64,000 bases of DNA, taken from Octopus vulgaris (Eukaryota). The notes below the pieces were generated by a model. It was given only the letters and a program-made list of their open reading frames with translations, ran no database searches and was not told the origin of the DNA. The translations under genes and the position numbers were made by a program. How positions within the stretch are numbered: position 1 is the stretch's first letter; each line of letters begins with the position of its first letter. Shown here one piece after another: positions 63,037 to 64,000 of the stretch. The DNA is taken from positions 9,982,001-10,046,000 of the forward strand of contig OX597838.1 in the NCBI GenBank assembly GCA_951406725.2, written 5' to 3'.

Positions 63037-64000
63037 TGGTATGTGAATAAATAAACAATATATTTGACAAAAGAATCTGAACACTAAAGAGTAATTGGCA
63101 ATTAGCTTTGTCTTTGGGATGATATTACAGGCAGAGGCATGGCTGTGTGTTTAAGAAGTTCACAACCATAGTGGGCTGACCAATGCTTTGTGTGTGAATT
63201 TGGTAGATGGAAAGTGTGTGGACACCTGTTGTGTGTGTGTGTGTGTGTTTGTTTACCTTTGTACTTTTCTGAAAATCCCTCACCTACAAGTTGTGTCAGT
63301 GTTTTCATTGCCTCAGTCAATAAATTATCTGCTGGCTCTGCACTTTCATGGGACTCTTTACTTGAAAAATAGCTAATGGTTAGCAGCATGAAAGACATCT
63401 GGCTATAAAACAATTCCTCAACGATACATTCAGCTAACCCATGCTAGCACAGAAAATGGACATAAAAACAAATGGATGGACTTGCATTCCTTGCAGCTTA
63501 GAACAGTATTTCCCAAAATGTTTCAAGAATTTTTGCAAACTACCATATGTTTTTAATCGTTCCAAAAAAATTATATTTTGACTTTTAAGATGGCAATCTG
63601 CTGTTGGAAAGGCTGCACAAATTGAAAATATTTAGGAGATGTAAAATATTCTGATAAACTGTTTTGTAGGAATTATTGATTTCTTCCTGAGGCCCAAAAA
63701 AAAAAAAAAAAAAAAATCAATTTTTAGAGGGTGTGTATGATTCAGTTTGCTTCAAATATTTCTTGTGGTACTTTGAGGTGGTGGTGGTGGTGGTGGGAAT
63801 GTTGTGTTCTATCATACTGTTTAGCAAAATATTGTTGTGTTCACATGTATTTCTTTATATTTAGAAGTCTCAATTAATCGACAAGTTAAACTGCCTATAG
63901 AACAGCCCCTTAAGTATACCCAGCTATGTACATTCACACACACAGGCAGCATGACTATTTAAATTGTTGTGAATATTGTATATTGTAAATATGCCCATTG

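Overview
This is a eukaryotic, AT-rich, repeat-dense 64 kb window with no operons, rRNA, tRNA genes or CRISPR arrays. The SINE families and microsatellite load match what I recognise from octopus (coleoid cephalopod) genomes; that assignment is inference from recall, not a search. Nearly all ORFs in the supplied track are artefacts of microsatellites or SINEs. The recognisable protein remnants are all transposon-derived: an internally deleted mariner (19.5-20.4 kb), RTE-clade LINE fragments (22.7, 36.4, 51-52 and 59 kb) and a Helitron helicase (45.1-45.3 kb). Host-gene signals are weak: a possible minus-strand first exon at 230-1020, short non-coding exons near 14.7-15.0 kb, a coding-like exon at 33.3-33.5 kb and a possible 12-nt microexon at 55.06 kb. 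The most interesting signals are RNA-level. (1) A complete minimal type I hammerhead ribozyme (34425-34492, minus) lies in one of several Penelope-like inserts in (TA)n tracts. (2) A duplicated hairpin-ACA module at 15.98-16.43 kb has a conserved internal loop that fits an H/ACA pseudouridylation pocket for 18S rRNA. (3) Several near-perfect long inverted repeats (28.1, 41.4/42.5, 48.5, 51.4 kb) would form dsRNA if transcribed. All pairings and alignments were done by eye, and coordinates of degenerate repeats are approximate.
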